DNA of 63,525 bases, filler included, from Reticulomyxa filosa (Eukaryota; Protista; Foraminifera): assembly GCA_000512085.1 (NCBI GenBank). It is 17 parts of 17 records of this genome, joined end to end, with 100 filler letters (N's around TTAATTAATTAA, not from the genome) between each part and the next. Parts side by side here need not be neighbours in the genome. Positions count along the whole stretch, not along the records: positions 11,113 to 13,295 come from ASPP01049687.1; positions 13,396 to 15,224 come from ASPP01034204.1; positions 15,325 to 21,899 come from ASPP01012469.1; positions 22,000 to 23,123 come from ASPP01017539.1; positions 23,224 to 25,214 come from ASPP01007500.1; 12 more parts are not named here. One strand, written 5' to 3'. Below the pieces are notes generated by a model. It was not told the DNA's origin. It was given only the letters and a program-made list of their open reading frames with translations, and searched no databases. Positions 11,113 through 24,724 of this stretch are shown piece after piece. The number at the start of each line of letters is the position of its first letter. Position 1 is the stretch's first letter. Position numbers and translations under genes: made by a program.

Positions 11113-12930
11113 TGAATAAGGCAGATTTACAATTGTATTATTTTTTTGTTATTTTCCACTTTTCCTTCTCTTTTTTAACAAATGGTAGCCATTATGGATA
11201 GCATATATCGCTGCAAGTTCAATGCTAGTATATCCTTGAGGCTATTTCTGCAGTAAACATTAAAAGTAAATTGATAACAATTGCAATAACGTCTTCCAAT
11301 AAATTCTTTTTTTTTTTTTCATATTTTTTTTATTGTTTGCTTGCTTTTTCCATAATTCAAAGAGAGATAAGTATGGCTTGTTCAGAGCTATTTCTCCTTC
11401 AAGTAAAGTTGCATAGATAATGTTAGGAGCAATTGCATGATTCAATATTGCACTTATTTTCATAATTTGTTCGATATACTAATTATATCTTATTTATGCC
11501 AATAATATCATTTGTGTATATTCGTCTTCACTATCTATTTTTGCGCTTATGCAATTTGTTCTTTACATGCTGTCTCTTTATCATAACCACTGACAAAAGA
11601 TCTTGCAACAAAATTTCACGTTTATGTTTGAACGGAGATATCCACGATATATTACAACTATAAATATTATATGATCTTCTCATAGAAAGATGAAAATGCC
11701 AAATCATCCTTGGTTACTTCTGTATATTTTTGCAACTTCTATATTGTCAGAAATACTTACATAACTTATGAAAAATCCTTGCTTGATTTCTTTCTAAATT
11801 TGATTTGATCATGACTGAATTGAACATTACATGATTTACCACAATACAATAAAATTGCACAAATATGAAATAATTGAAGTGGATATTCCATATATTTATG
11901 AATATCATCATGATACAATGTCTTCAATTCATTTAATATCAATTCACCATTTCATCCTTTTCATTATAATTAATTTGTTGCTTGATTATTTGTTCACCAT
12001 TTGAGTAGGTCTTTAGGAATTAAATCAATCAAACAATTATTTTTTATCACTTTATTTAGCAGTTTCTATAATTGTTTATTTCTTGTCACCTTTACATTTA
12101 CTATGCCTTGAATATGTTTGAGTTTGTGCAATTCAGATTCGTACAATAATGAATTGAATTTAGTTTTTTGATGGCGTATGAATATCTTGAATTGGAACAC
12201 TTTTTGGTAAATTATTTCTTTCAATATCAATTGTGCGTTTGTAGGGTACCATGAATACATATTCTATTTCCCAATGTACTTGAATAATTGGATAATGAGG
12301 AAGATGTTTGTAAATATCATGTAATAGACATTTTCATTACTTATTTTTGATGATAGCTCTGTTTTACATTTAAAATATATTGGCTCGTCGCTTCCATGCA
12401 CAAAACGGTCTCTCACTTGTAGCTTATCTTTAAAGTGTCGTATTCCATGTTTAAAAGTCACTGAATATGGATTCAATGGCTCTTTGAATATTTTCTTATA
12501 GCTATCTTTCCAAATGACATGGAAAGAGTTAAACTCCTATATATTTTTATGTAAGTATGAAAATTGTATCATTTGAAAGTACAATTAAAATTGACAAAGG
12601 CATTGACGTTTTTGCTTTCATTAACTGATACAAAATTTGACAAAGAATTTCGATCATCACATTTAATTGTGCGGAAGTGCCGAGTATGATTGATAATGAG
12701 ACAAGTCCATTTAGTATGTGTCATGTACATTGTCAAAATCATTAAGAATTGAATATATACATTGAATTCCAATGAGGAATTTTTTGGATTTCCAACTTGT
12801 AATGATTTAATTTTTAATTTTTTTTCATTAAATAACATTATTGTTCGATGTTCATAATCAAATACCTTTCATAAGCTTTCCATTTTCCATTCGATAACAT
12901 ACACACTCTTCTTTGGATACCATATATTGT
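11113..12930 (-). pseudogene. Degenerate member of a lineage-specific multicopy gene family
   Basis: Series of short same-strand protein-like fragments (NPYSVTFKHGIRHFKDKLQ, IRHQKTKFNSLLYESELHKL, ISAILNHAIAPN) separated by stops and frameshifts. Confidence 0.5.
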
Positions 12931-13494
12931 TTTATATCTATTTAAAATGATTGGTTAAAAAATGTTATTTTATTATTATTTATTTGTCAAAAGTCTCAAA
13001 AATTGTTTTGGATTGTGTTGTCCTGTATATGGACAAAGAGACTCTATCGCCGTGAAGTGAGAACGTGAACAGTTCATCGAAGAAGACAAACACAAAAATT
13101 CTAGACTCCTTATCTCAAGGTCAGAACGTGACCAAAAAGTTTTTGACCATCCTGAGTTTTTTTGATTTTTAGAGTGTTCCATAAAACAACTACCTTCCGT
13201 TTTTTGAGTATTTGTGTTTATATTCTTTTCGTAAAACAAAAAAAAAATTCGTTTCGTTTAATTTAGGAATGAACAGAAAAAAGAAGGTAGAAATTNNNNN
13301 NNNNNNNNNNNNNNNNNNNNNNNNNNNNNNNNNNNNNNNTTAATTAATTAANNNNNNNNNNNNNNNNNNNNNNNNNNNNNNNNNNNNNNNNNNNNTTTTT
13401 TTTTTTTTGTGTAATGTTAATACACAATGTAAATGTAGTTGTTATAACATTATATTTGCAAAAAAAAAAAAAAATGTTGTTTTCCTTTTAAATA

Positions 13495-15224
13495 AGGACT
13501 CACCCGCAATTTCGTCTGCATTACCTTGTTTCGTATACCAAAAATCTTTTGAGTTGGTCAAATGCAGTGAGTTCAGTTGTTCCGGGGTTTGAACGATAAA
13601 GAAAGAGTTGGCAGAATCAATGAAATTGATGCGAATTGATAGTGAAATGATGGGATTGTGGGCCATCACTGCCGGTGTGTTGAACATGGGCAACATTGAA
13701 TTCAAGAAGGAAGGAGATGGGTTTGCAAGTGTCAAAAACCCTGATGTAGTGAAAAAAGTGGCTGACTTGTGGGGCATTTCGGATAAAGCGTTAGCAGAAC
13801 GTTTGACGACAGCAGCCATGGTGGTGATGAAGAAAAACATTACTAAAAAAGTAAACTCTGATGAAGCCGCAACGAACAGAAAAATGTTTTTACGAACAAA
13901 GTTTTTTGTATTTGTGTGAGCGCATCAATGTGGAATTATTTCAAATGGGTGAGACGGATAACGAGGATGAAGAACCTAATATTGAGTCGCACTTGTTTAT
14001 TGGTATTTTGGATGTGTTTGGATTCGAAAACTTTTATATCAATTCGCTGGAACAGTTGTGCATCAATTTCACCAATGAAAAATTACAATAATTTTTCAAC
14101 TTCTACATTATTCGAAATGAGCAAGAAGAATACATCAAATAATCAGTCTTTTGGACTACCTTTGCATATTCCAGATAACACTGCATACATTGAAATGGTA
14201 GAAGACGCAACTAAAGGCTTTTTCACACTTTTGGATAGCGCTTGTAAAGCTCCACAGCCATCAATTGAAGCATGGATGCAAGAATTAATGAAAACACACG
14301 GTAAAAATCCCAACTGTGCGCACCACCACTCAACCAGGAAGTGGTAATGCCAGAGGTGCACCCAAGAAATCAAAGAAAAAAGGGAGGGCCGAAGGAAAAG
14401 TTGACTGGTTTTATGCTCATCCACTTTGCTGATAATGTGACATACGACTCAACTAACTTCTTAATAAAAAACAATGAAGCCGTTCATTCCCGACACGGCA
14501 AAAATGTTGGCCAAGTCTACAAATCCACTGGTTTTAACATGTATCGCAAATTGGTGTTGGTGAAGTTAGTCACTTAAGCAAAACTTTTTTAAAATGTATT
14601 GAAGTACTTTGGGGATAGGGTGGAGGAAGGGGAAATCGAAAACAAAGCGAATATTAAAAAAAAAATGTTTGATGATATTGACAATTTAAAAAAAAAAAAA
14701 ACAAGGAAAATTAAGTGTCACCGGTGTATTCAATAAAGGAAACAGGTAAAATAAGTGTATTGATAATTGGTGCATTTGATCTATTTCGAATATTTGAATG
14801 TATGTGTGTATGATTGATCAATGGGATTCAGAGCCATTCTTTGTACGATGTGTGAACCCCCCAAGAGGTATTAAGAATGCAACTGGATGGCAAGAATAGG
14901 TTGTAGTGGTTTGGTAGAGGCACTAAAAGTGTTGGCTTTGGGCTATCCCAACTTCGTGTGCCTTATAACACCTTGTACGAAACGTATCACTCTACTGTCA
15001 ACAATCCATTGATCCGAAATATGGGCCCCGGATCTTTTTCGACTGCTTTGTTGATCGCATTCGACGTCAGCGAAGACGACTACGAATTGGGGTTTGACAA
15101 AGAATCTTCTTCAAACCCCGCCAAAGCAGCAGTTTTGAAAACAATCATGGCCCAAGCCGAACGTCCACGTTTCGCCCGAGCAAAACGTAAAAATCACCAA
15201 ATGGGTGGTCCAAAAAAGAATTAA
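13495..15224 (+). pseudogene. Myosin motor-domain fragment with nonsense codons and frameshifts
   Basis: [67 protein letters not shown] and PFFVRCVNP. TAA at 14089 and 14140 plus several frameshifts. Confidence 0.85.
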
Positions 15225-15324
15225 NNNNNNNNNNNNNNNNNNNNNNNNNNNNNNNNNNNNNNNNNNNNTTAATTAATTAANNNNNNNNNNNNNNNNNNNN
15301 NNNNNNNNNNNNNNNNNNNNNNNN

Positions 15325-15356
<32 letters not shown>

Positions 15357-15480
15357 AGAGAGAGAGAAAGAGAAAAAGGGGTGATGGTCGACAAAGCAGA
15401 GGGAGGGGAAAAATGATAATATATTTTCTTTTTTTTTTTTTTTTTGTGTGTAGTATACGTTTTATTCTTATTAGTTCTTT

Positions 15481-15511
<31 letters not shown>

Positions 15512-16202
15512 ATGGCTTCCTCTCCCACTTTTCTACAACTGGATAAGAGGAGGGAACACAATTTGAGACTTGTGACTGTCAAGGAGGGACAAAAAAAATA
15601 ATAATAAATAGGTGCAATAGAACATCCTCCTTCTTGTTTGTATTTGCTTTCCTGTATGTTGGTTGCTGTTGGTTGTAACTTAATCTGTCGCTTTTTTTTT
15701 TGGTTCCTCCTTCTTTATGGCTCTTCTTTTTTTCTTTTTGTGAAGATCTTTTTTCTTCGTGCTTTGCTCTATTTTTTTCCCTTTTAAAACAAACAAAATG
15801 TTTGCGTAATTTCCACTTTGTTTACATTGCATCTTTTTTTTGAATACTTTGTCTGTATTTGATGTGTTTTAAAGTGCATATTTTTTATTTTTTGGCTCTT
15901 GACGGTACGGCTATCATTTCGTTGGTGGATAAGTGAATCGATGCAAAAAATTCTTAAATCCACTTTTTTTTTTGTGAATTGTAAGCAGATGAACAACTTG
16001 GATACCTTTCAACTTTTTCTAACCTCCTTTTGTTTCATGCTCGTTGAGTTACTGCGTTTTGTAGGATTTTAAAGAAAAAAAAAAAGAAAAAAGGGTATAT
16101 TGTTTTAAGCAATAAACCCAAAAAAAGGTGAGATTTCGACAAACTCAAATTGTTTCAACACTTCAAGCATCAATTTGTAATCTTTTGGATATCAATAGAA
16201 GA

Positions 16203-17375
16203 ATGAGTACTGTCAGTAAAAAAAAGATTGGAACATCACAGCTGGTAGGCTTTGTTCGGTTTCAGAGGCTTATCGTACACCAAAAGAATCGATTTTTTTG
16301 GTAACCTTTGAACTAGTCAGAAAACGAGATAAAATTGATAATTCAAAATTGGTTTCGAATTTTGAATGCAAAATTAGGATGGATCTATGATTTTAACATA
16401 ACTATTATCAAATATGTTGAGAATAATTTGTTTTTTGTTGTTGAATTCAAGATGCGCTTTTTATTGCTATAACAAATATCTTTACACACAGATTAAGTAT
16501 TTCCAATTGTTAAAATTTTTCAAGGGCATGACAGTGCAATAAACAGTGTGAGATTCTCACCAGATAGTCGTAAGATTGTTTCAGCATCAACTGACAAAAC
16601 TATTCGGATATGGAATGTTGCATCAGGAAGACAACTCCAGATTTTCAAAGGACATTCTGATTGGATCAACATGGCAGAATTTTCATCAGATGGGAATACT
16701 CTTATTTCATGTTCATGTGATAATACAATTCGATTATGGGATATACAATCCGGAAGAGAAAAAATGAAATTGGTGGGGCATTTAGACGCAGTATGGTGTG
16801 TCAAATTTTCCCCAGATAGTAAATATATTGTATCATGCTCGTTTGACAGGACAATAAGACTGTGGGATGTGAGTTTTGGGAAAGAGATTAAAAAAATGAT
16901 AGGTCATTCAAGCTCTGTGCGAACTACACAGTTTTCGCCAGACGGTCAAATGATTGCGTCAACATCTTGCGATAAAACTATCGCTTTATGGGATGCAACG
17001 TCGTTTGAAATGTTGAAACAATTGGCTGGACATTCCAATTATGTAAAATATGCAAGATTTTCTCCAAATGGTAAATGTATTGTATCATGCTCAAGTGATA
17101 AAACAATTCGAATATGGAGCGCAAAATCTGGGATTATATTAAAAGTTTTGGAAGGACACTCAGATGTTGTGAATGAAGTGGATTATTTTCCAGATGGTCA
17201 ACGGATTATATCATGTTCAGATGATAATACAATGTGTTTATGGGACGTTGAAGCGGGCATTGAAATACAAAGATTGGAAGGACATACATCCTATGTTAAC
17301 AGTGTACATATTTCACCAGATGGTAAACTAATTGTGTCATGTTCTCACGATAAAACAATTCGGATTTGGTGTTGA
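16203..17375 (+). CDS. WD40-repeat protein; exons 16203-16244, 16317-16415, 16492-17375, with a 1-nt frameshift at about 16512-16515
   Basis: About seven regular GH-FSPDG-S-D-TIRLWD repeats and the shared 99-nt N-terminal exon. One A is missing for [13 protein letters not shown]. Confidence 0.88.
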
Positions 17376-17627
17376 AGGGTTTATTTTTTAACTACAAATT
17401 AAATTTGTTTACGACGAACAGTATCTTATAATTAAAAATGTTCCACCAACTGTCAATAAAAAAAACCTTGCTTATACTAGCATAAAAACATTAAATATAT
17501 GAAATGCATTCTCAGAATAAAGTATCTTTGATTGTACAAGATAAAAAAGGGAAAAACAAAGTTAAAGAAATTAAGTTCGCTCAATTCATAATCTTTTTAT
17601 GAACCCCTTTTATCTGCAATCATTTAA

Positions 17628-18950
17628 ATGAAAAGCCAAAAAGAAATGGATATTGGCATTAATGAAGCAGAACATGGAGATGGAAAGGGACTAGACTATC
17701 AGAATTACGACAGCCGAGGAAGACACCAAAGTGACCAAAGATATTACAAATACAGTAGTTTGTTTTGGAAACAAGGAGACAAAAGACGAAATCGGAATAG
17801 ACCTTACAACAGTCGTCAAAGGCTGTTATTTTCGGTAATTAACAAAACAAACCTAAAAATATTGAATTCTTATTTTTTCATAAGACATATAGAAAACAGA
17901 CAACACAAGAGGCAAATCTGATAATCGAAAAATGGGTTCGATCTTCGATAATTAGAAGTGGATGGATTAATGAGTTTAACAAAATTATTGCAAAATATGT
18001 TATGTTATTTATTTACATATTTTTTATATTCAGTGAAATTCTTGTCACTATCAACTATTGAACCTTTCACACAGGCTAAAGGTTTTAAATTGTTTAAAGT
18101 TTTACATGGGCATTCTGCTTACATGAAAACGGTAAAAATTTCAGCTGACTGTTGCAATATTTTTTCGTTGACAAATGATGGAATACTCGGAATATGGGAC
18201 ATCTCGTCAGAGAAAAAAATTCAAACTTTTAAAAGGCAGCACATTTTTAACGATAATATGAAATTTTCGCCAGACCGAAATACTGCTGTTTCGTGGTCAG
18301 ATGGCAAAACTATTCAATTGTGGGATGTAAAATCAGGAAAAGAAATGACAAAATTTGGAGGTTTACATTGGATATTGAGCGTAGACATTTCTTCAGATGA
18401 TAGATATGTTGTATCAGGTTTAACTAACGGAATAACACAATTATGGGATGCAAATTCTGGGAAAGAAATTAAAAAATTAGTCGAAGATTCAGGTCCAGTT
18501 AATAATGTACAATTTTCATCTGACGGTCAACTGATTGTATCATCCGTTGGTGGTACAATTAGTTTATGGGACACAAAATCGGGAAAAGTAAAAAAACTAA
18601 AAGAATTGTTTAATATAATAAAACTTGTAAAACTATCTCCGGATGGTAAATCGATTTTGTTTTGTTCATGGGATGACACAATTCGAATATGGGACGTTGA
18701 GTCGGATAAAGGACCAAGAATATTAAAACGTAATTCAGATTTTGTAAATGATATCCAATATTTTCCAGATGGTCAAACTGTTGCATTTTGGTTATGTGAT
18801 GATTCGATTCAGTTGCAGGATGTGAAATCAGGATATGAAACACAGAGATTAAGAGGACATTCTGGTTCGCTAATAGGCATGGATATTTCATCAGATGGCA
18901 ACCTAATTGTAACGTGTTCTCAGGAGGAAACAGTTGAAATATGGGGATGA
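17628..18950 (+). CDS. WD40-repeat protein, tandem paralogue; exons 17628-17834, 17900-17998, 18075-18950
   Basis: More degenerate WD40 repeats, GT-AG introns in frame, and the 99-nt module TTQEANLIIEKWVRSSIIRSGWINEFNKIIAKY. Confidence 0.85.
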
Positions 18951-19399
18951 CAAAGAATACATCCATAAACAAAAATTAATTTCATTAGCGTTATTGTGCC
19001 AAGAGTGTTAAATTTTTTTGAGTTGTTTAAGTGCAAATGCAAAAGTTGTAAGTACATTGATTAAATAAAAGATTGAATATTTCTTTAAATGGTGAAGCAA
19101 GTTGATCATGGACAAGATTCAAAGTTATTTTGAAAATAAAAACAAGCTTCTAGATTTTTTGTTTCTCTATTTTATGTTGCAAGCAATATTTTTAATCTTT
19201 TTCAAATGCAGGACAGAATGTTGTTAACTAAAACTTTTTAAAACAATGAAGTAACTTTGAAGTACTTGTACATTTTAGATTGTTACAAAACGTTGTTTTT
19301 TTAAGAAAATCGATTATACTCATAAATATCATTTCAACTTCATGATTTATCAGAATCTATAATTTTCGAATATTGGAATCTTTTGAAACAAATGATAGT

Positions 19400-20045
19400 C
19401 TTAAGAGTTAGCTTTTAAATCAGTAACACGTTTTGTTTAATAATATTATTCGATTAAGCATATTTCTTTCAGCAAGCACCAAATATTTTGTTCCTAGCTA
19501 ATTAATTTTTCCACTTTTTCTTTTGCCCGTAATGCTACTTGCTCCTATTCTCTAATGTTCTACTGTACACTTTCCATGACATTCAATTGCATTAGAATAG
19601 CATCCTTTATTATAAGTAAAGCCTAAATTATTGTAAAATCAGCAACATCAATATGACATTTCCAAAAAGATCTAATCTAATTTTTAAAGCTTTCATGACA
19701 TTGTAGGGCAAGGCCCTATAAATATCTGAACGTTGAAGGACCTGGGAGTGGGCTAAAACTCCTCAACCAACTTCACTTACTCTTTTGTTTTGTTTTCTTC
19801 TTTTGTTGCGTCATTCATCTTTCTTTTATTTAATTCACTTTTGTTTTACCGAACACTGGTTTCCTGAGTAAAACTCTTTTCGTATTACATTTAGTATAGC
19901 CTCTTCCAGCTGACGTCCCACAACATTGAATTGCTTCATCATATTGTCCCTTATTAGAATAAGAATAACCTAAATTATTATATGATGAGGCAACATCGCT
20001 ATGATTATTTCCATAGATATCCAATTTAATTTTTGATGAATATTT
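19400..20045 (-). pseudogene. TPR-repeat (KLC-like TPR_12) pseudogene interrupted by a solo LTR
   Basis: IKLDIYGNNHSDVASSYNNLGYSYSNKGQYDEAIQC|HE; downstream repeats are frameshifted. Confidence 0.8.
19702..19922. mobile_element. Solo LTR, 221 bp, TG...CA ends, 4-bp TSD ACAT
   Basis: ACAT at 19698-19701 and 19923-19926; ends TGTAGGG and TCCCACA; internal TATAAATA. Excision restores the TPR codons AIQCHE. Confidence 0.8.
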
Positions 20046-20772
20046 AAATGGTCCACTAAAAGATAATAATAATTTCATTTAACTTATTATTATTGTTATT
20101 ATTAATTTTCGCTACACAATGTCCATGTAATATGATATCTTTTGGATAAGAACAAATAAATTTGTAACTTTTTTTAAGCTTCCTAATACTCTGACGCTTT
20201 GACTGTGACGAAGTGCAAAGTGTAAATAAAAGAAAAATTTGTTAGTTTTTGAAGGAAAGTATCTGATATTTTCCACACAATGTACAATTAAAATTGGAAA
20301 TGTTTAAGCAATACTTTCGACTAAACTTTGTCTTCATAAGATAACACCATTTTGTTTTCTTTTTACAAATATAAATATCCCAAAATTTAGTCTTTAACAG
20401 TTTTTTATTTGTTATTTGAATTGTGCAAAGATCATCAAATTCTTGTCGAATTCTTGTTGCGCATAAATTTGTTGAAATTAGGTACCAAAACTTAAGTATC
20501 CATCACTATTTCACAAAAAACTATAACAAAGAGTTAAATAGCAAAAAAGGTGATTTTGTGGAGGTATTAAAGTAAAAATAACAGAGAATAAAATTACAAT
20601 GCAGAGAAAAAAAGGGTCACTTGAAGTAGAGTGTAAAAAAAACACCAAAAAAAAAACAACATAATTTGCAAATCTTTCAAAGTATTCCCATTTTTCTAAA
20701 AACGTTGTTCAATAACATCACTAACAAATAAAGGAAAAGTAAAAAAACTAAGTATAACAAATTAAAGAAAAC

Positions 20773-21865
20773 ATGTCTGCTTCAACGAACAATCATTCGT
20801 CTAGTCAGGCTTCAAGCAATATTCAAGCAGGGCTTCATCCAGAAACAGTCAAATACATTGAATCAGCGACATTATACCGTTCAACTACAATATCAGTTAG
20901 GCTCTTTTTTTTTGTTTGTTTGGTGTGACACTTAGTTCACAAAGTATGAAATATGAATTTTTTCCGTTGATATAAATGTTGATGTTACAAAACAACTGTT
21001 GAAACAAGGAGCGCGTACTTACGGTGGCAATGGAGTTTGCCAAAGAGGGTGAAGTGAAATTATTTGTAAAATTATTGACAGAATATCGAGGGCGATACAA
21101 TATCAAGGATACCGTTTCATTGCAAACAAGAGGACAAATAGTTTATTGCAAAACAAACACATATATTTATATATATATATATATATATATATTTGTATAT
21201 AATATATTGTATATTATATGTTATATTTTTTTTTTTAATGAAAAAAAAAATGAACGAATAAACAAATCAAAATGAATAACAAAGAAATATTGGTCATTGG
21301 TTCATGCCCTATGTTCGGAATACCCGCATGTGCAATGTCTGCGGTACTTGCTGCAATTGTATCCACACGAGCGATGCCACAAGACCATATACGAGGAATA
21401 CACACCATTGGATTTGGCGATAAGTTATGAGAATTATGAGATAATCCAAGTGCTATTGCGTCACGAGGGGTTACATAACCCAGACTGTTACCATCACTCA
21501 TTGTATGCAGACAAATACTCGACACATGCGAGTATTGTGTACATGTTTTTAACTCGAATGCGAGCATTGTTAAGTAGTGAAGAAGTGGATGGCATTATGA
21601 ACGGTCTGCGAACAGTGTTGATCACATTGATCAGAGAGCTGCAGTTGTTCCCGGCCGAAATCTTCAATCTGGTTTGGATCTATCAGCAACATTACAAACA
21701 CGACCGATCTTTATTAACGGCGGTGGAAAGTAAGCTCACAACTATATTGGACGGCAGTAAGTTGTTCCAATCGGACCAAAATTGGGAGTGGTTCAAAACG
21801 ATGTTTCTAAACGGTACTTTTTTTAAACAAATTTTAGAAAGTAAGAAAGGGGAGGATAGGAGAAG

Positions 21866-21899
<34 letters not shown>
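20773..21899 (+). CDS. Ankyrin-repeat protein, multi-exon, 3' truncated
   Basis: LTVAMEFAKEGEVKLFVKLL, LVHALCSEYPHVQCLRYLL and YTPLDLAISYENYEIIQVLLRH. Confidence 0.7.
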
Positions 21900-21999
21900 N
21901 NNNNNNNNNNNNNNNNNNNNNNNNNNNNNNNNNNNNNNNNNNNTTAATTAATTAANNNNNNNNNNNNNNNNNNNNNNNNNNNNNNNNNNNNNNNNNNNN

Positions 22000-23123
22000 A
22001 CAAAGTTGACGTGGGCTTCGTCGGTCAAGTGGTTCTTCAGTTTTTTTTCCAAGCTTTGTGGCAGTTCAATTAATTTCACTGTTTCTGGAACGTGTACTTT
22101 GTCGTTGTCTAACTCCACTATTATTGTTTCTCTCTTTTTTTATTTTTTTTATTTTTAAAAAAAAAAAAGGATCAAAAGAGCCCGGTCTAAAAAAAAAAAA
22201 AACATAATAAAAGAGTGTGTGTGTTTAGTTTAAAAAATAAATACAACGAACCTCTGCCAAGAAGAACTCTGGACGTAATCTCAAGGTGGGCATTCCACAA
22301 AGAACTGGCACAGGCGCATCTAGTATGCTGAACACAGCGTAGGGTAATACCGGGACATCTGTAAACGACGAAGATAAATATATACATATATATATATATA
22401 TATATACATATATATAAAAGATAAGAATAACGAAACAAAACGTAACATGTGAATTGCCATTCGAAAGGTCGAAGCATAGAGATGAGCCCTTCAGCGATTT
22501 CAGTGATGATGGAGACATAGTTGGAAGTGAGGACAATTTTATACATTTGTGTCAACAAAGCTCGAAAGATGAGCAATACATTGTCGACGGACAAGCATCC
22601 AAAAATGCGTTCCAAATCTACGTCTAGCAATGGGAACTCGCTCGGGCCAGGTCTATTGAACGTGATGGACCGATGCGCATACTGCACCGTTACTTCTCGA
22701 ATGGTGGGCAATGGCAAAGGAATTTCCTTACATAAATGGACTATAAACCGCTACAAACAAAAGAGAATCAAATTGATGCAATCTCTCTAACCTATTTGAT
22801 CATACAACAAAACTTCAATGGGCGTTTTTCCCGGGGAGCAAGCGACACGATAAATTTCTTTTAGACATTCGCGAAAGCAGCGAAAGAATGGATAGTACGA
22901 CAGTATGCACACGGACTTGGTGCAGTAGAACTTTTTGGCTCCATCGGGCCACAGTGGTTTCCATGTGCTGTAGGTGTCCATGGCCGCCTTTTTCGCCAAT
23001 TCCACCATGTGTTCTTTCATTTCCTCGAAGAATGTTATCGTCACTGCATACATCTTCTCCCCTTTTTTTTTTTTTTTTTTTTGATAAGACTTGAAGAAAT
23101 GGGAAACAGTCAAAAGTACCTTC
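22000..23123 (-). CDS. DENN-domain protein (Rab GEF family), internal fragment
   Basis: YAVTITFFE, KSVCILSYYPFF, EIPLP, FPLLDVDLERIFGCLSVDNVL-FRALL, LRPFEWQ and VPVLP-ILDAPVP. Confidence 0.9.
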
Positions 23124-23669
23124 NNNNNNNNNNNNNNNNNNNNNNNNNNNNNNNNNNNNNNNNNNNNTTAATTAATTAANNNNNNNNNNNNNNNNNNNNN
23201 NNNNNNNNNNNNNNNNNNNNNNNTTTTTATTTGATCATTGAAGGTCATAGAATAATCCAAAAAAAAAAAAAATAGTGTCCTTATTGCATTGGAAATAAGT
23301 AAAAAAAAAAAAAAAAAAGTAGAGAAAATTGTGAGTTAACCTGAGTTTTGAAAATGAAATCTGGAATAAACGGCGGCAGCAAGACAAGAGCTGACCATTC
23401 GAATATTTTGAATTTGTGCGATTTTAGCTGCGTGTATCAACGCCTGACTAACACAAAACCAAAATCATGGGAAGTGTTTAACATTCAATACACACTGTTT
23501 GGCAATGTTTCTTTTTTTTTTTTTTTTTTTTTTTCGACCGTGAACCAAATACAACATACAAACAAACAAACAAACAAAAGAGAGGTATAAAAGATAAGGA
23601 CCTTTTTTTTGGTCCCCAACTCATCGAACTTTTTTAAACCCACTCCTTTCTACTCCCTCCCTCTCTCCA

Positions 23670-24461
23670 CATAACTTGTCTCTGTCTTTGTCCAAAGGTA
23701 TTTGGCACGGCTAGTGCAATGGTATCAATTTGACAGGATAGCTCTTGAGACACTCTTTTTACAATATGTTCCAAGAAAAGAGAGACGATTTGGATCGGTG
23801 TGAGTATGGTTTGATCTGACTTAGCGGCATTTCCATCCGATTTGTTTTTATTTTTGATATTACTATTATTACTCTTATTGCCATTGCTATTGCTTGTGTT
23901 ATTGGTATTTCTATTGCTATTGCTATTATTATCCATTTCACTATGCCGAATCAATATTCCAAATTTTCTCTCATTACACTATCGCTACGACTGTACTTGC
24001 GATCCAAGCGGCCTATTCGATACGTCACGTGTCGTGCCATACGCTGTACGGATCGATCTTCATATCTTTTTTTTTTTTACATTTAAATTTTTATCGTTTC
24101 AAAAAAAAAAAAGGGGGGGAGAAGGGCAGAGAGAAAGAAAAAAATCTTGATGGGATTACCTTTTTCCTAATAGTCCAAAAAATCCATACACTGTGTTTTC
24201 AATGTTATTGAGACCGTGCTTGAGTGCTTCATGGCCAAAATATGTGTTCTTTGGTGCGAATGTTATCACTGATACCATCTTTTTTAATGCATCCGAAACA
24301 ACCCCGTTTCGAAACACCGAGACGTATGTTGCAAGATCACCTATATGCATCCCAATGGCCACTCGTGTCGATTTTTCAGAACCATAATCTTTTGCCTCCC
24401 AATGGAAAGGTTTTCCTGTGGCAAAATCTTCCATCTGTTGCTTGGGAGTTTTAAAGTTCAA
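23670..24461 (-). CDS. Atypical Hsp70-superfamily protein (Hsp110/Ssz1-like N-terminal ATPase lobe), partial
   Basis: VAIGMHIGD-TYVSVFRNG, SVITF-FGHEA-NIENTVYGF-LLGK and TPIQIVSLFLEHI-IALAVPNTFGQRQRQ. The start is uncertain. Confidence 0.7.
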
Positions 24462-24724
24462 CCTCCATGTTTTTTTTTGTTTTGTTTTTCTTGCTCTTTT
24501 TTATATTTGAAGTGCAGTACAATGCCACTAACTCGTTTACATGCACGCAAAAAACATAGTTTACAAAGAAAGAAAACTGCCAACATTTTTGAAAAGTATT
24601 TTCATTCACAATTCTCTTATCACCAAAGGAAACAAAATAGCCAACTGAGTCCTACTAGCTTTTTTTACACGTAAAATTTCCATAAGATTTTTTTAAACTT
24701 GGAAAACGTAATAAGAAGTAATAA

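Noticed and set aside
14089-14142. TAA reassignment (ciliate-type code)
   Set aside because: The stops replace both Gln and Glu, the contig has frameshifts, and intact genes (ending at 45434, 52574 and 55062) use TAA as a stop.
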